Shown in pieces: positions 36,156 through 48,540 of a stretch of DNA of 64,000 bases. The first letter of the stretch is position 1, and every line of letters begins with the position of its first letter. Both the position numbers and the translations under genes were made by a program. The stretch is from assembly GCF_964194025.1 (NCBI RefSeq), contig NC_134480.1, positions 42,036,001 through 42,100,000 of the forward strand, given 5' to 3'. A model generated the notes under the pieces. The model was not told the DNA's origin and did not search any database. It saw only the letters and a program-made list of their open reading frames with translations. The DNA is from Convolutriloba macropyga. Lineage: Eukaryota.

Positions 36156-36588
36156 TCAGACCGAATTGAACTCTGACCAGACTAACTCCAGATCATGGTC
36201 CAGATTGTATTGCGCTCGAACTTCCATCCAGACCCTGTAATTTCGGTCTGGGAACACACGGGTGTGCTCTCGATTGGTCTGATCATAAAGCATTTTGGTC
36301 TGCACCTCAACCTGGGATGCAGTTACGTCCTATATTTCACTACTCTAGTTTTTAGTTGCCCTGTATTGACCAAAATATTATTGTAGTGTGCTTGAGAATT
36401 TGGTTTTGCGAAGAGAATACCGCGTTTAAATTAATATTAGTCTTTACAAAGCGTCAGAATAGACACTCTCGAATTAGACAAAACATAGAAGATTAAACTA
36501 AGAACAGCAGATTGTCATCTTTAAATTATTATTTGAAATTTCAAAATTGGATTTTTTTCAAGAAAATTTTATCATGAACATGAAAATT

Positions 36589-36972
36589 TGTTACGAAGTA
36601 ACGGAAAGAATTTTAACCAGTCAGATTCGAGTATTTTAAATGCTTACCGAAATCGTTCTATATGAATAAAATAGGTTCTAATATACATAAAAAGTTCCGA
36701 AAAACTTTGCTTAACCTAATTATAAGTAAACCACGATATGTAACAATTAAGGTGGTTTTCAGCTCAACATTTTCAGGTTTTCTAGAAAATTATTTACTGA
36801 TTATGAACAGATTTTGACGTCAATAAAATCAGAAAAAAAATTTGGTAAAAGAGCATCAAAAAACCATGCCATCTACATTTCATTTTTAGAATTGTACTTT
36901 TTAAGTCTTATACGTTGATGTTTACATATAATTATTGAACTGACTTTCGAAAGAGTGCTCTGCACCTTTATA
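36589..36972 (+). repeat. BEL/Pao 5' LTR
   Basis: TGTTACGAAGTAA...CTTTATA, followed by T-TGGTGCCG (complementary to tRNA-His/Phe-type 3' ends over 8 nt). Confidence 0.88.
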
Positions 36973-39900
36973 TTGGTGCCGCATAGTAATAACCGAACAA
37001 TCCATCAAAAATAATTAGCTCACAAAACAGTTATAATTTATCAGATGTCAGACGACAAATTTAATAGGAAAAATTTTATTTGCAATTGTAAAAATCATTT
37101 TTCTTAATAAATTTGTCAGAAACGTTAGACTGCCTTTTATTGAATTTGTTAATGCTAACGCGTTTATAATTATACGTTGTTTTCTGAAATTCGCGACCCA
37201 ATTCTCGACAACACTTAACTCATTCAGTAGATTTTAGTATATTTGTTTTTATAAACCGAGCCGTCTTTTGTGAATAGAACATATGCAGGACTAAATATTG
37301 ACTTCAACGTTAGAGAATCTCAACCTCACAGAATCAGGGAAAAAGAAGATTGGTTACATCCTCGTCTGCACCCACCACTTCCGGCTTGTGCATATAATCG
37401 CCCGAAAACCCCGTTGTAGAGTACCGAATGCGCATTGAGCTGATTCAAATCTTGAATTTGAGATATTTATTTATTACTACAACGGAGAACAAATGACAAC
37501 GCAAATGCCCTGCGAACGTTTTATAGCATGTGATGGTCATCAAGAGGGTATGATTGTCAACACAACACCAGGAATCAGACTCTAACAGAAATGAGATTTC
37601 CTATCAACGTTGAAGCACGTACCGGATCCTTGAGACAAAACCAATTTGTTGATTTTTTTTTGCAATAAAGTGTTTCGAGAATAATTTAGACGGCAAGAAA
37701 CTCAACCACTGATTTTTGACATTTTAAGGTGTAGTAAACAATTGCTTGAAAAATTTTCGTAAAATGACACCATCAACACCCACAGACATAATTTTTGAGA
37801 AGATAAAAATCGATTAAGAATTTTTTCGTTGAGTTCTCAAAAGTTCAAAAAAATTGAGCAATTTGGTTTGTACATTAAAGAGCCTCTTACATAGAAAAGA
37901 AATGAGATATGCTAAAGTTCATATTTGAAAATTTTTTGTCAGTTTTGATGCATCTTTTTGTCAGTTTTGATGCAACTGAAAAGAAGCTAGCAAATCAATA
38001 TAGAAACTTTGGATAACTATTCGATCAGGCGAGAGAACCTTAATTTGCTTAAAATCCGTTACTTAATCTTGATATTGCAAAAAAAAAATGGCGAAAAGTT
38101 TGAGATAATTGGAAAAAAGATTCAAGTTGAGACATATTTGTCAAATTCAACTTTTTTGTGCATTCGAAGGTTCGCAGATTTAGTGAAACTTGATACACAA
38201 AAAATTTGGGAAAGTTCACAACCTCCGGCCTACAAAAAATGTTGCATCGCCAAAATTGTTTTTCTTCAAGCTTGATTCAAAATCGCATCGTCCGCGTATT
38301 TTTCGTATTTTTAACTTTTCAAATTTTTGATTTCCGTATGATTTTCAATAACATCCCTATCCTGAAACGTCTTTTTTAATGCTCGTATCCAATCGTTCAG
38401 TTTTTTGCGTTCAACTTTGTCCCTCTCCGCTTCATTTATTGCTAAGAGGTCGTCTGTTGTCATATGTGATGAAGTATGTTTCTCTTTTTGTTACAGTATG
38501 TTGATAATGCTAGTATGCTCGCTGGTTGATTCTGTCTTGTAGCATTTCAGGGTGTGACTTAGTTCATTCTTAGTTCTCGCTTATTGCCTGTTCTTTACGA
38601 CCGTCCCGCTCCAGTTCTGTTTTGTCGGGCACTTTTTGTGCTCAACCACTTTTCTGCTTTTCGGGCGGTTTGTTTTTGAGACTGTCTACAGTGTGCCATG
38701 GTTGGGTGTCTCTTGAGTTGTTTGTTTTGCGTGAATTTTGGTATGTGTGGTGTGGGTGCAATTAAGAGATAACTGTGTGCAGCGGTAGTTATGTTGATTG
38801 ATCGAATGAATATTTTCTTGATGTCCAATAGTCTTGATCGAAAAGTCAAAAAATTGTTCGCTGCTAGTTCAAAGTGTGAAGATGAGTTGCTTACTGTACA
38901 TGAAGACATCCTTCATTGTATTGATGGTCAAACTACGCGAGTGAAAGTTGAATCCTAGTAACAAAAAGCAGCAACGAAGCCTTTATGAGTGATGTAGACA
39001 AAATCGAGGAATTGATTGCGTTTGCTTGAAAAACGGAGGACCCAAACGCTCTTGTTCATTCATTAGTGTATCACTTGGGGGCAATAATAAATAAGAACAA
39101 CAAAAACTTCACTTAAGCACAAAACTACATCAATCCTGCTGATGATAAACTGAGTGAGTTTCAGGAACTGAGGGCTTCAAGTTGTTCTAGAGTTCATTCA
39201 CTCATGGTCTCGTCGAAAACATATGGTCAAAATGAAAAGGATTACAGGATTGCCCCTAAAATGAAGCACGAGGAAATTGAGGAACAGAATGAAGCAGCCA
39301 TTCGCCCAGCTAAAGAGAAAAGGGAAATGGAATTCGGTGAATTGGAGGAAAACAACAGCAAGCGGTTGGCAGAGAATTGCTGTACGCCTTTTCTAATGTA
39401 CTCAATCGGAAACATCTGAAAGTGCTAGATGATCAATGAAAAGTGAAAAGGCTCTTTAGGACTGGGTTAACACCTTACTTGTCTTAATTTTGTCAATCAG
39501 GAGGGGAAATTGGTGAACCAGTGGTTTTGAAGGACCCGCCAGAATGCCATGGCTACCATGACGGCAAAACAGTTGAAGATCAGAACACTGATTTTTCAAA
39601 GATTATATTCCAAAAAATTGGTGAGGCAATTATATTCTAAGCATTGAGACCTTAAACCAAATAGATGCTTACTAGAGTACAAAGAGTACTTTAATTTTTT
39701 TCTTACTGTTGTACCAGGTGCACTTGCGGACGCAAATGAATGAAACAGACTAACAAGGCGTGGTGCTTCCTAGCAAGACTGACGAAGGAATCGCAGATAG
39801 TCACCCCAGATGCACATGCCCCAGGGACATATCACAACAGCGGGATTTACCACAGCCATTCGCACCGCAAGTGAAAAAAAAAACAATTGTTTCCAGTTTC

Positions 39901-40679
39901 TTTTACACGCACAACCTCCAACTTCGCAAGCTAGGGGAAATTGAACATCAGGTCTGCCTGAGAACACCCCACAACATATTTTTCCCGTCAACAATTAAAT
40001 TTTGTACCACGAGCAACAAATGCTATTGTCCCTCTTTTTTCCGTGAAAAAAAATGATGTTGTCCCTGCAACAAATGTTCACATCCGTCAGAGCGTCTCCA
40101 AGTTTAAACAAGCACCGCACAAAATGGCACGCAAAATTGTTAATGCTCCTCCCAACAAAAATTCGAAAATCGCACCTAACCTCATGGTTCCCATTCTACA
40201 TGCCCCTTCATTTAAATCAGCCTCCAGTCAACAACAGTTTTCAAAACAGCAAATACATTCAAAGTCGTACGCTCCGTCGCTCCTCCCATTCCGAATATGC
40301 CCCATATCCCCTTTGGGCAACAATTTTTCGCCAAATATGTAAAATTGGCATTTTCTGCAGCGCAGACAAACAATAGGCAACCAAGGCACAACTACCGTAC
40401 AAAATTTGTTTGCCTACAAATGCACAGACACATTTATCAAAATTTAACTCTTTTGATTGATATGCAGTCGCCATCTAGATTAGATTAAGAAAACCCGATA
40501 TCTCTTGCCAGCATTGTAGCGCCTGGTTTCGCAACTCTATTATTTCAGCCGACGCATAGGTATGTTGGGCCCCACTCTGTGGAATTGCAATGGCCCGCAG
40601 AGAGTTACATCTGCCCTTACGATACCAGACAATGCCTGATTGGTTGGGGAAGTGGCTGTTGCAACAACCATCAAGAAAA

Positions 40680-43600
40680 GTGATCCTACGACCCAGTGGA
40701 AACTTTCTCACTATAATGGCAACACATTACAGTGGCATGAGTGTTATGGCCAATTCAAAAGCTTGATTCACTCGCAATTACTCACTGAAAACGTTAAATT
40801 GATTTCCCTTTAAACTCTCGTCATTGTCAAAGCAAAGATCGCAATCACTGAGTTTGCTTACTGTGGATTATTGTACAAAGATAGACTAATGTTTGGCCAG
40901 CCACAAGTAGTTGTGAGAGCACACTTGGATAAATTAAAAGCAACTTTTGGCCTCCCAAAATGCCCAGTAGTGATAACAAAATAAACTATTCTGAAGCAAT
41001 ATCCAGCTTAGTTGGGGTTTTCAAGTCACTATTATATTACGCTGAATTGAACAGCGCTTCCGCAATTAATCAAGTGGTACAGAAGTTACCACCAAACATG
41101 AAAGAGTCTTGGAGGGACTTTACGGTAAAAAGCGCTGATTTAAAACAACTTTCTTGATTTTAGAGATTGGGTGATAGATAAAGCTTAGGCATACGATCTA
41201 TTGAAGCAAACTTTAGCGAAGGCAAAGACTGTTGATATTAACATTTCAGCAAACAAGCGCAACGTTGTCACGAAAGTATTCAATTGAATAACGCTACAAA
41301 GAAACCATGCAAACAAGTTTCGTCTTCCTTGACGCTAATTAACTTGTGTTGCCTGGTTTGTGAGGGCAATCACCCTTGTTGGAATGTAGAGTCTTCAAGG
41401 AGAAAACTCCCACACTGCGCAAAGTTAGTTTCCGAAAATAAACTTTGCTTCTTGTGCTTACGGGACAAGCAAAGTTTCTGCCATTGTCTACCAAGAACGT
41501 GCCCGCAGAGAGATGCAATAGTTCGCGTGAAACGCAATTGCATGGAGCAGATAGGATTTTCCCAAACAAACAGTCAGCAAATCCCAATACTTTAAGTTCT
41601 GGTAACACGGTTCAAAATAAATCAACTGCTAGTAAACAGCTGTCTAGTAAGGCCACAACGATGTCGTCTGTAACTGACATTAGGGGACTCTTTGATTTTG
41701 CGTGATACAGCCTGCAATAACTCTTGTGTCGCCGGTAGTCTCGTATAGAGACTCAGTTTGCACGGTAAAGCACTAAAACTAATTGTCAAGGGTATAAATA
41801 CCAAAGAAGTAGTTGACACTAACGTTGTTGAACAGAATTAAACCAAGAGAACATCAGGACTTCGACCCATTTTTCATCAATTTTTTCGTTAATGGGGGTA
41901 TTAAAAAGACCTATTACTGCAAAGAACAGGAGATGAAACTCTGAAACGATGTCTGTCATGCTATCTGCCCGTTAGAATACTTCTGTCGATGACAAGCGTT
42001 CACCCGTTGCTGTACGCTTACCCATAGGTAGGGTCTTAAGCGGTCTGTTACCATCGAGTTCCGGTTTAATCTCAGTGTGCTTCAAAGTGATTATTGAAGA
42101 ATACAATGAAATGGCAACCACGTAATTTCAAAATATGACATTGAATCGTTGGGAGCGAACAAACAGGTTGATTCACGATCTGCAGCAGAAGAAAGGTCTA
42201 ACGAAATTTTTGAGAATAGCGACGTACATAATGGCCTGAGGTACGACGTCGGAATGTTGTGGGCGGGAAACAAAATCAAGCTCCCATATAGTTACTTCTT
42301 CTCCCTTGTGAAACTTAAGTCTCTCAAAAACTGACTGGCAAGGATGAAGAATTTTGGGAGAACTACAATAGTACCAACAAGGAAGATTTACACGAAGGAT
42401 ACGTAATTATGTTTCCGGACGCTCACGAGGTTGAGAACTGGTCAGACAAAGAGTGGTATCTTCACCAACATTGTGTTGCAAAACCAAACAAGCCGGGTAA
42501 TTTGCGTAAAGTTTTCATTGGAACAACAAACTTTTACTGTGCTTCGTTGTATAAGTTCTTACTCACTGGCTTGATCTGCTCCAAAACGTCATTTATGTAC
42601 TTCTCAGCTTCTGACAGCAACCACATGCTGTGTCTGCTGACATCGAGGGAAAGATTCTACAAGGTGGCGTATTACCATCAGATCTACCACCAGTTCAATT
42701 CATATGACGGTTGGACCCCAACAATAAAGTTATAGCGTATCAAAATACGCGCCATTTTATATGGGATAAAAACTCACCTACCTTCGTCAAAAATGTATTA
42801 TAAGGCAGTGCTAGAGACAATGACAAGTTATAACCCGGGGCTGCAAAAGCTGTTCCTGAAAATTTTGCATGCTCGACTACCTTGACTTGGTGGAGTCACT
42901 TGAGAAAGCCAACAATAGACCAAAGGAAACGGCAAATCTTGGGTTCAAGCTGAATAAACTATTAAGAATTATGCCAAATCTGGCTGATCGAAAAGATGGT
43001 TCTCCTCAATCTACTGAGCCTCAGGTTGTTGTTTCATGCAAGGAAGATTCATCGCACGTGCTTGAGCTAATGTGGGACCACACTAGTGACACTTAAGTTG
43101 TAAGCAGGTACAAGGTTGGCTATTACAAAGGCACTATTGCAGCGCTTGATCCTAAGTGTTGCATCGAAGTTCTTTGGCAGCATATATATTTTTGCATCGT
43201 TTACTGTCTGTGCTCGAGTGCTCTTAAAAGACATTTGGCATGTCACAGGACAATATTAGGATAACGATTTCTCGCCAGACAAGGTTAAATGATTTTTGGT
43301 TCAGATTGCGGATTTACCGAAGCTTGAAAACATCTAAATCCCTCGCATTTATTTTTACAGGAGTCTTTGATTTTGTAGAATTGCATACACTCAGTGACAA
43401 TTCCAAGGATATTTTCAATGCCGTCGCATTCCTGCAAGCCTTAGGAGTAACAGCTCTTATGGGCGGGGAAAGCAGATCTGTGTTTGTAATGTGGAAAACG
43501 CGCGTGGCGCAAATGAAAGTAATGTCTGTCCCGAAACTGGAATTGCAAGAAGTTCTACTTGCCGCCCAGTTGAAAAACAAAATTATTCGGAAATTGACTG

Positions 43601-45010
43601 CAACGGTTAACCAAGTATTCATGTGGACAGGCAGCACGACTGTTCTTCAATGGATCAACTCTACTGAAATGCATCCAATGTTTGTTGCAAACCGCGTTTG
43701 CTATATTTTGGAGTATACCAGCGTTGACCAATGGAAGCACGCCGCAACTAACGATAATCCAGCTGATGGTGGCACGCGTTGAATGTCCGCTGAAGTCCTA
43801 AGCAGTTGGGTCATTGGTCCACATTTCTTAACGAATTCAAGTTTACGGTTCGTACCGAAGAAACACGTCATTTATAACATCACACTTGGCTCCAACAAAG
43901 CAACTTTTACAAAGACACTCACTTTCGGGCCACTTCTGTTACAAAACAGACAGCTCCTTTTTTTCGTTGTTAACATACAAAAATTTTAATTTTTATCAGA
44001 AATGTTTGCGTATTGCCGCGTACATTCTCAGACTTTCACCAAAACATGCTGGCTACAGTTACCTCAATTGTAGCATTACTAATCCCACTGAGCTTGACGA
44101 AGCCGAGCGTTATCTCAAATATTGGTTGCAAAAAGAGTCCTTTGAGACCGAAAGAAATCTGTTAATCGGAGTAGCCGCATCCAGGAGTTTATTGAAGATG
44201 GGTTTAACGTAAAGTACCCAATCATCTTAGATGCACGTCACCCGTTTGCAAAACTCTTTCTTGTACACATCAACGTGAAGCATTACCATCAGGGCGTTGA
44301 ATACATGAGATCAATTTTAAACGAAAAATACAGAATACTGAAACTAAGATCACCATTGCCCTCTATCAAAACCCACTTCCTGAGGTGCAAAAAATTTTAT
44401 GCTGTAACTATGCAACCAATCATTTTTGACTTAACTACGGAGAGATTTGCTTACCAGTTTCCTTCCTTCGAGAACAACGGCGTCGACTACATGGGACCGT
44501 TTTTCGAAACCGTCCGCCGTACTACTGAAAAAAGGTAGGGAGTCCTCTTCAAATGTCTTACATTTCGCGCCGTCCACGTTGAGATAGTTACCTTTTGTCT
44601 TGTGGAACGTGCCCTCAATTCGCGCCCTCCAACACCCGTAAACGCTGATCCCTTCGGCTTGAACGCTATAATGGCCAAAAAATTTTTTTAGGAGAATACT
44701 CTACCGGTATCCCGTCTCTTGCTCATCGTAAACATTGCGCCCGTGCGCTGTCGTACGCTAATGCGATCGGGTCCCGTTGGATCAAAGAGTATGTACCCAC
44801 ACTGAACCGACTTTCTCAGTGGCAGACGCCTGCCGCGAAACAGCTTACGTCCGGTGATTTGGTTTGGGTAGTTGAGGAAACAAACTGTAGTGGGGTTAAT
44901 GCCCTACCGCTCAGATTGTGGAACTCCGTTACAGCTCCGACAGCGTCGCGCGCTCCGCCATCTTACGTACATCGGCCGGTTCACTGGTCCGCGGGCTTGT
45001 AAAACTTGTA
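40680..45010 (+). pseudogene. BEL/Pao gag-pol remnants
   Basis: Gag FGQPQVVVRAHLDKL and Cys/His knuckles (CLVCEGNH; CFLCL); protease DTAC; RT WYLHQH...KPGNLRKVF, ADIEG; RNase H/A17 KTRVAQ...VPKLEL...FVANRV...NPADGGTR; integrase GVDYMGPF...RAVHVEIV...LNSRP; C-terminal RWIKEYVPTL. Confidence 0.9.
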
Positions 45011-45045
45011 CCAGATTTGCCAGCATCTTCTTCCGGGTCAGAGTA

Positions 45046-45436
45046 TGTTACGAAGTAAATGAAAGAATATTAACCAATCGGACGCGTATTTTAAATGCTT
45101 ACAGAAATCGTTCTAAGTGAATAAAATATGTTCTAATATACATAAAAAGTTCCGAAAATTCTCGCTTAATCTAATTTTAAGTAAACATAACCACGATATA
45201 TACCGATTAAGGTGGTTTCGGCTTAATATTTTTAGGTTTTCCAGACAATTGTTGGCTGATTTTGAACCGATTTTGACGTCAATAAGTTCAGAGAGAAAAA
45301 GAAACCGGCAAAAGAGCATCGAAAATCCCTTACCGTCTAAGTTTCACTTGTTGAATTGTCTGCTTTAAAGTTTATACGTTGGTGCTTACATATGTTGTTC
45401 GGATTAAATTTCGAATGAGTGTTTTCCACTTTTATA
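45046..45436 (+). repeat. BEL/Pao 3' LTR
   Basis: Colinear but visibly diverged copy of 36589-36972, preceded by a degenerate PPT (CCGGGTCAGAGTA). Confidence 0.88.
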
Positions 45437-46171
45437 AAATTTTTAAAGCGGGTTTGAACATGAAATTATTAAGAAATAAAATGAACTAAAATTAAGCATG
45501 AACTAAAACTATGTTCGAAAACTATGATTGATTGATGAAAGCATAAATACTTAAATGGCGCGTAGTAAACAAATTTGGGCGGAGGGCACATGGGACACAT
45601 AAGATGGCATTGTGTACCACACTAATATTCTTAGTTAATATTGGATTTAGACCTGAACTGAACTGAATTGCTATTGACCATGTGTATGGCCGCGTTATTT
45701 TGAGGGGAACAAATTCTAATTAATGAAATTGTAGGATTAACTAATTGAACGGACAAAAGGAAGCCGATAAAAACCTTTTTTGAAATTAAACTTTTTTCAG
45801 CTTTTTTCCTTCAAGATGAATTGTATTGAGTTTTAATAGCTTTGCTAGGTCCAAAATTACGTCCTGATTCGCATCAAAAATTGTATATATTTTCTAGATA
45901 CGCGGCTCGTGTCCTCTTTAATTCTTCCGTTTTTGACATAAAAGTGAGGGAGTGTGTGTCTAAGGGGGCAAATTGGTGTAAGGTTGACTGGGTAACTTAC
46001 CTAGTGGGGTTACAACTGGAGGACTTCAGGATTTAAGAAATGTCCAAAAGCACAACTTTAGTTGTTAGGGTTGACTGCAAAGGGCTATTTCTGGGGCGAT
46101 GGGGTGATTTCTGAGGAATCGCCCTGAAGCAGGTTGGCCAATTTAGGCAATGAATCTTATTCAAATAGAAG

Positions 46172-46456
46172 CCCGTACCTAAAGCTCACTGTCAATCAGT
46201 ACTGATTCAGAGCAATTTCAGAGAATTCTTAAGTTTTAGTACTGATTCAGAAGGATTTCAGAATCAACTGTGAATTGATTTCTGAATTTCTCTGAATCAG
46301 AGCAAAATTTACAGAAAATATTCTGTATTCTTCTGAATCAGAAGATAATTCAGAAGGAATCACTGAATTAGCTCTGAATCAGACAAATTCAGTGCAAAAT
46401 GTGACCTGAATTAGACTCTGACGCAGTTCTGAATTTGCCGTAGAGTTAGGTACGGG
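46172..46456. mobile_element. Non-autonomous CMC/EnSpm-like DNA transposon
   Basis: 11-bp TIR CCCGTACCTAA/TTAGGTACGGG with a 2-bp AG TSD. The interior is filled with TCTGAAT/ATTCAGA repeats. Confidence 0.8.
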
Positions 46457-47381
46457 AGGTCCAAAGTGTTCTCGTCAGGCTTCGGTAGTTTATTGGCGAC
46501 AACCACTAGCTGAGATGTCAGAGGTTATGGGTTCAAGACTGGTCACAATTGGATATGGGATGCAGAGCAATGTAAGACATGAGCGGTCATAAGAGGTGAA
46601 ATGGTGTTAGAGTACCCTAAAACCATTTAAGTGGTGGAAAAAATTTGCAAAGCTACCAGCAAAATGCGGTGAAAATTATTAAAATTGCAAGTATTAAAAA
46701 ATCCACCGGTAATCGGACGTAAATTCACCACTCTTAATGCATTCAACGTCAAAAAATACCCGCGTATTATTCTGAAAAAAATTGTGGTCACCGGTATAAT
46801 CTTACATTACTTTTTTCGCTAAAAAACTTTGACCAACGGTGCGGGAAGAATTGGAGAACTTCACAGGGAAACCTCTCATTTCAGCCCCAAACTCACATCT
46901 TTTTATCCCCCTGCAGCCTTTTGCAGCTTAGCTTAAAAAGAAGTTTGAGCTGCCTTTTTCCTATTTTTTTCCATCGCAGCACTATTCTTACACAGACAAA
47001 CGATTTCAAATCTATAGTGATAAATTAGAAGAACAGCTTATTGAAACATGATTATCACATAATGCGTAATAAATAACTAAAAATTTGAGGGCTATTTGGA
47101 AAGATAGTATATTTTCATACATGGTTAGAGGAAAAAGACAATTTTTGATTTGTAAACTAAAATTTATGCGAGGCCTCAACCTATAATCAATGGAAAATGG
47201 CGACCTCCACGATTATTAAGCTCCACATGGACTATTTAAATCTTTTCATTTCGCCGATGCATCAACTACGAGAAGAGTGGACTAGAATTTGATCAAATTA
47301 TGAAATTAACTTTGTCATTTTTCACTTTTATTTTTCAACTGGAATGCGGTCGTCGTCTTGGTTGATATGACTCTTCAGATC

Positions 47382-47691
47382 TCATGGCGTCAAACATTTC
47401 AACGGACAACAAATTTGACATTGTGGGCTATTACATTTTTTCCAATGCTCGATAATTTTCCTCGAAGACGAACAGTGCGTAACCAGACACGTCTCTCCTT
47501 CTTGACATGTGTAGAGATGTTGCAACACACTTTTGATCGTTCCGCACATCGGCAGTTTGCAAAATTCTGCGGCAGTTTCACCGGGTTTTCCGTTCAACTT
47601 GGTACATTTATGAGCATGTAACAGCACAATTAACCGTTGCTGAATTTTTTTCTTGTCAACTAAAGATTTCCAAAACTGTTTCCTCTGCCAT
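47382..47691 (-). CDS. CBP/p300-type TAZ1 zinc finger, stand-alone (terminal exon, or frameshifted single-exon mini-gene)
   Basis: VDKKKIQQRLIVLLHAHKC...CKLPMC...HLYTCQEGETCLVTHCSSSRKIIEHWKKCNSPQCQICCPLK aligns by eye with p300 TAZ1, with all 12 HCCC ligands. A stop follows directly, and a minus-strand AATAAA lies at 47327-47332. Confidence 0.85.
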
Positions 47692-48471
47692 GTTAGAAAA
47701 ATGAAGCTAAAAAAGTAATTTTTAATACTTTCATAGAGATAGATAGGAATTAAGAGAGATTGATAGAACCACCTCTTTCACGTGCAAGTTCTATAGTGCC
47801 AGATTACCGCCATACCAAATTTTAGAATGCCACATTTTTTTACATACAGTGCCTGATTTGAAAAATACGAGTTCGCGTTTCAACCAATTTTGCCGGACTT
47901 TATTGCTAAAGTCAGTTTTAAATGCTGGATTATATCTCCGTAAGGATAACCACTGTAAGGATCTGGAATGATGCCAGATTTTCAAAGTGACTCCAACATG
48001 GTCGAGTGACCTACACTTATTTGGCCCTATAAACCATCAGCGGTATTATAACACTCAGAAGTTTGTTCAGGCTGGCTACCCAAGATTCGATTCCGCTCCC
48101 AAATTGTGGTTACGTTTGGGTCCCTTAACGTAGAGTAGAAAAAGACCCTTAGGCCAGACCTCGACCACAGCAAACAGACCGGATTAAAGTAGCATAAGTG
48201 CTTGCTCATTAAAACTTAAAATACCTGCTTTTCAAAAAGGCACAGAAAATGAAGCCTCTTGAATTCTTTTATAATCCGACTTTTTTAGGAGCAACGAACA
48301 CAAATCTGCAGTCAGAAAACCAGGGTCGAGGAAAAATTGGAAGAATATGTAAGATAAGCGGTGATAAGTTGTTTTTTTTTCACCGCAAATTTCGTACTTA
48401 ATTTTGCGGTGAAATTATGTAATTTCACCGCTATAATAAGCGGTGAACTTACAAAAATTGCCTGCATTTCA

Positions 48472-48540
48472 TCTCCCTTACTCGGGTTCGAACCTACCAC
48501 CTCATGCATGTCATCCACTTCTTCCACTACGCCCTCTCTC
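48472..48540 (-). repeat. tRNA-derived (Pol III box A/box B) sequence inside a GCGGTG/CACCGC-rich repeat (48320-48640)
   Basis: Minus strand GGCGTAGTGG-N29-GGTTCGAACC, with no convincing cloverleaf. A more decayed inverted relative lies at ~46490-46840. Confidence 0.5.

Larger units (their letters stand above)
36589..45436 (+). mobile_element. BEL/Pao LTR retrotransposon, full-length structure but decayed
   Basis: LTRs 36589-36972 and 45046-45436. TSD AAATT (36584-36588, 45437-45441). PBS TGGTGCCG at 36974. Internal gag-PR-RT-RNaseH(A17)-IN remnants in BEL order. Confidence 0.92.

Noticed and set aside
48472-48540. Functional tRNA gene
   Set aside because: Boxes A and B are present, but there is no acceptor or anticodon stem pairing, and it is embedded in a repeat.
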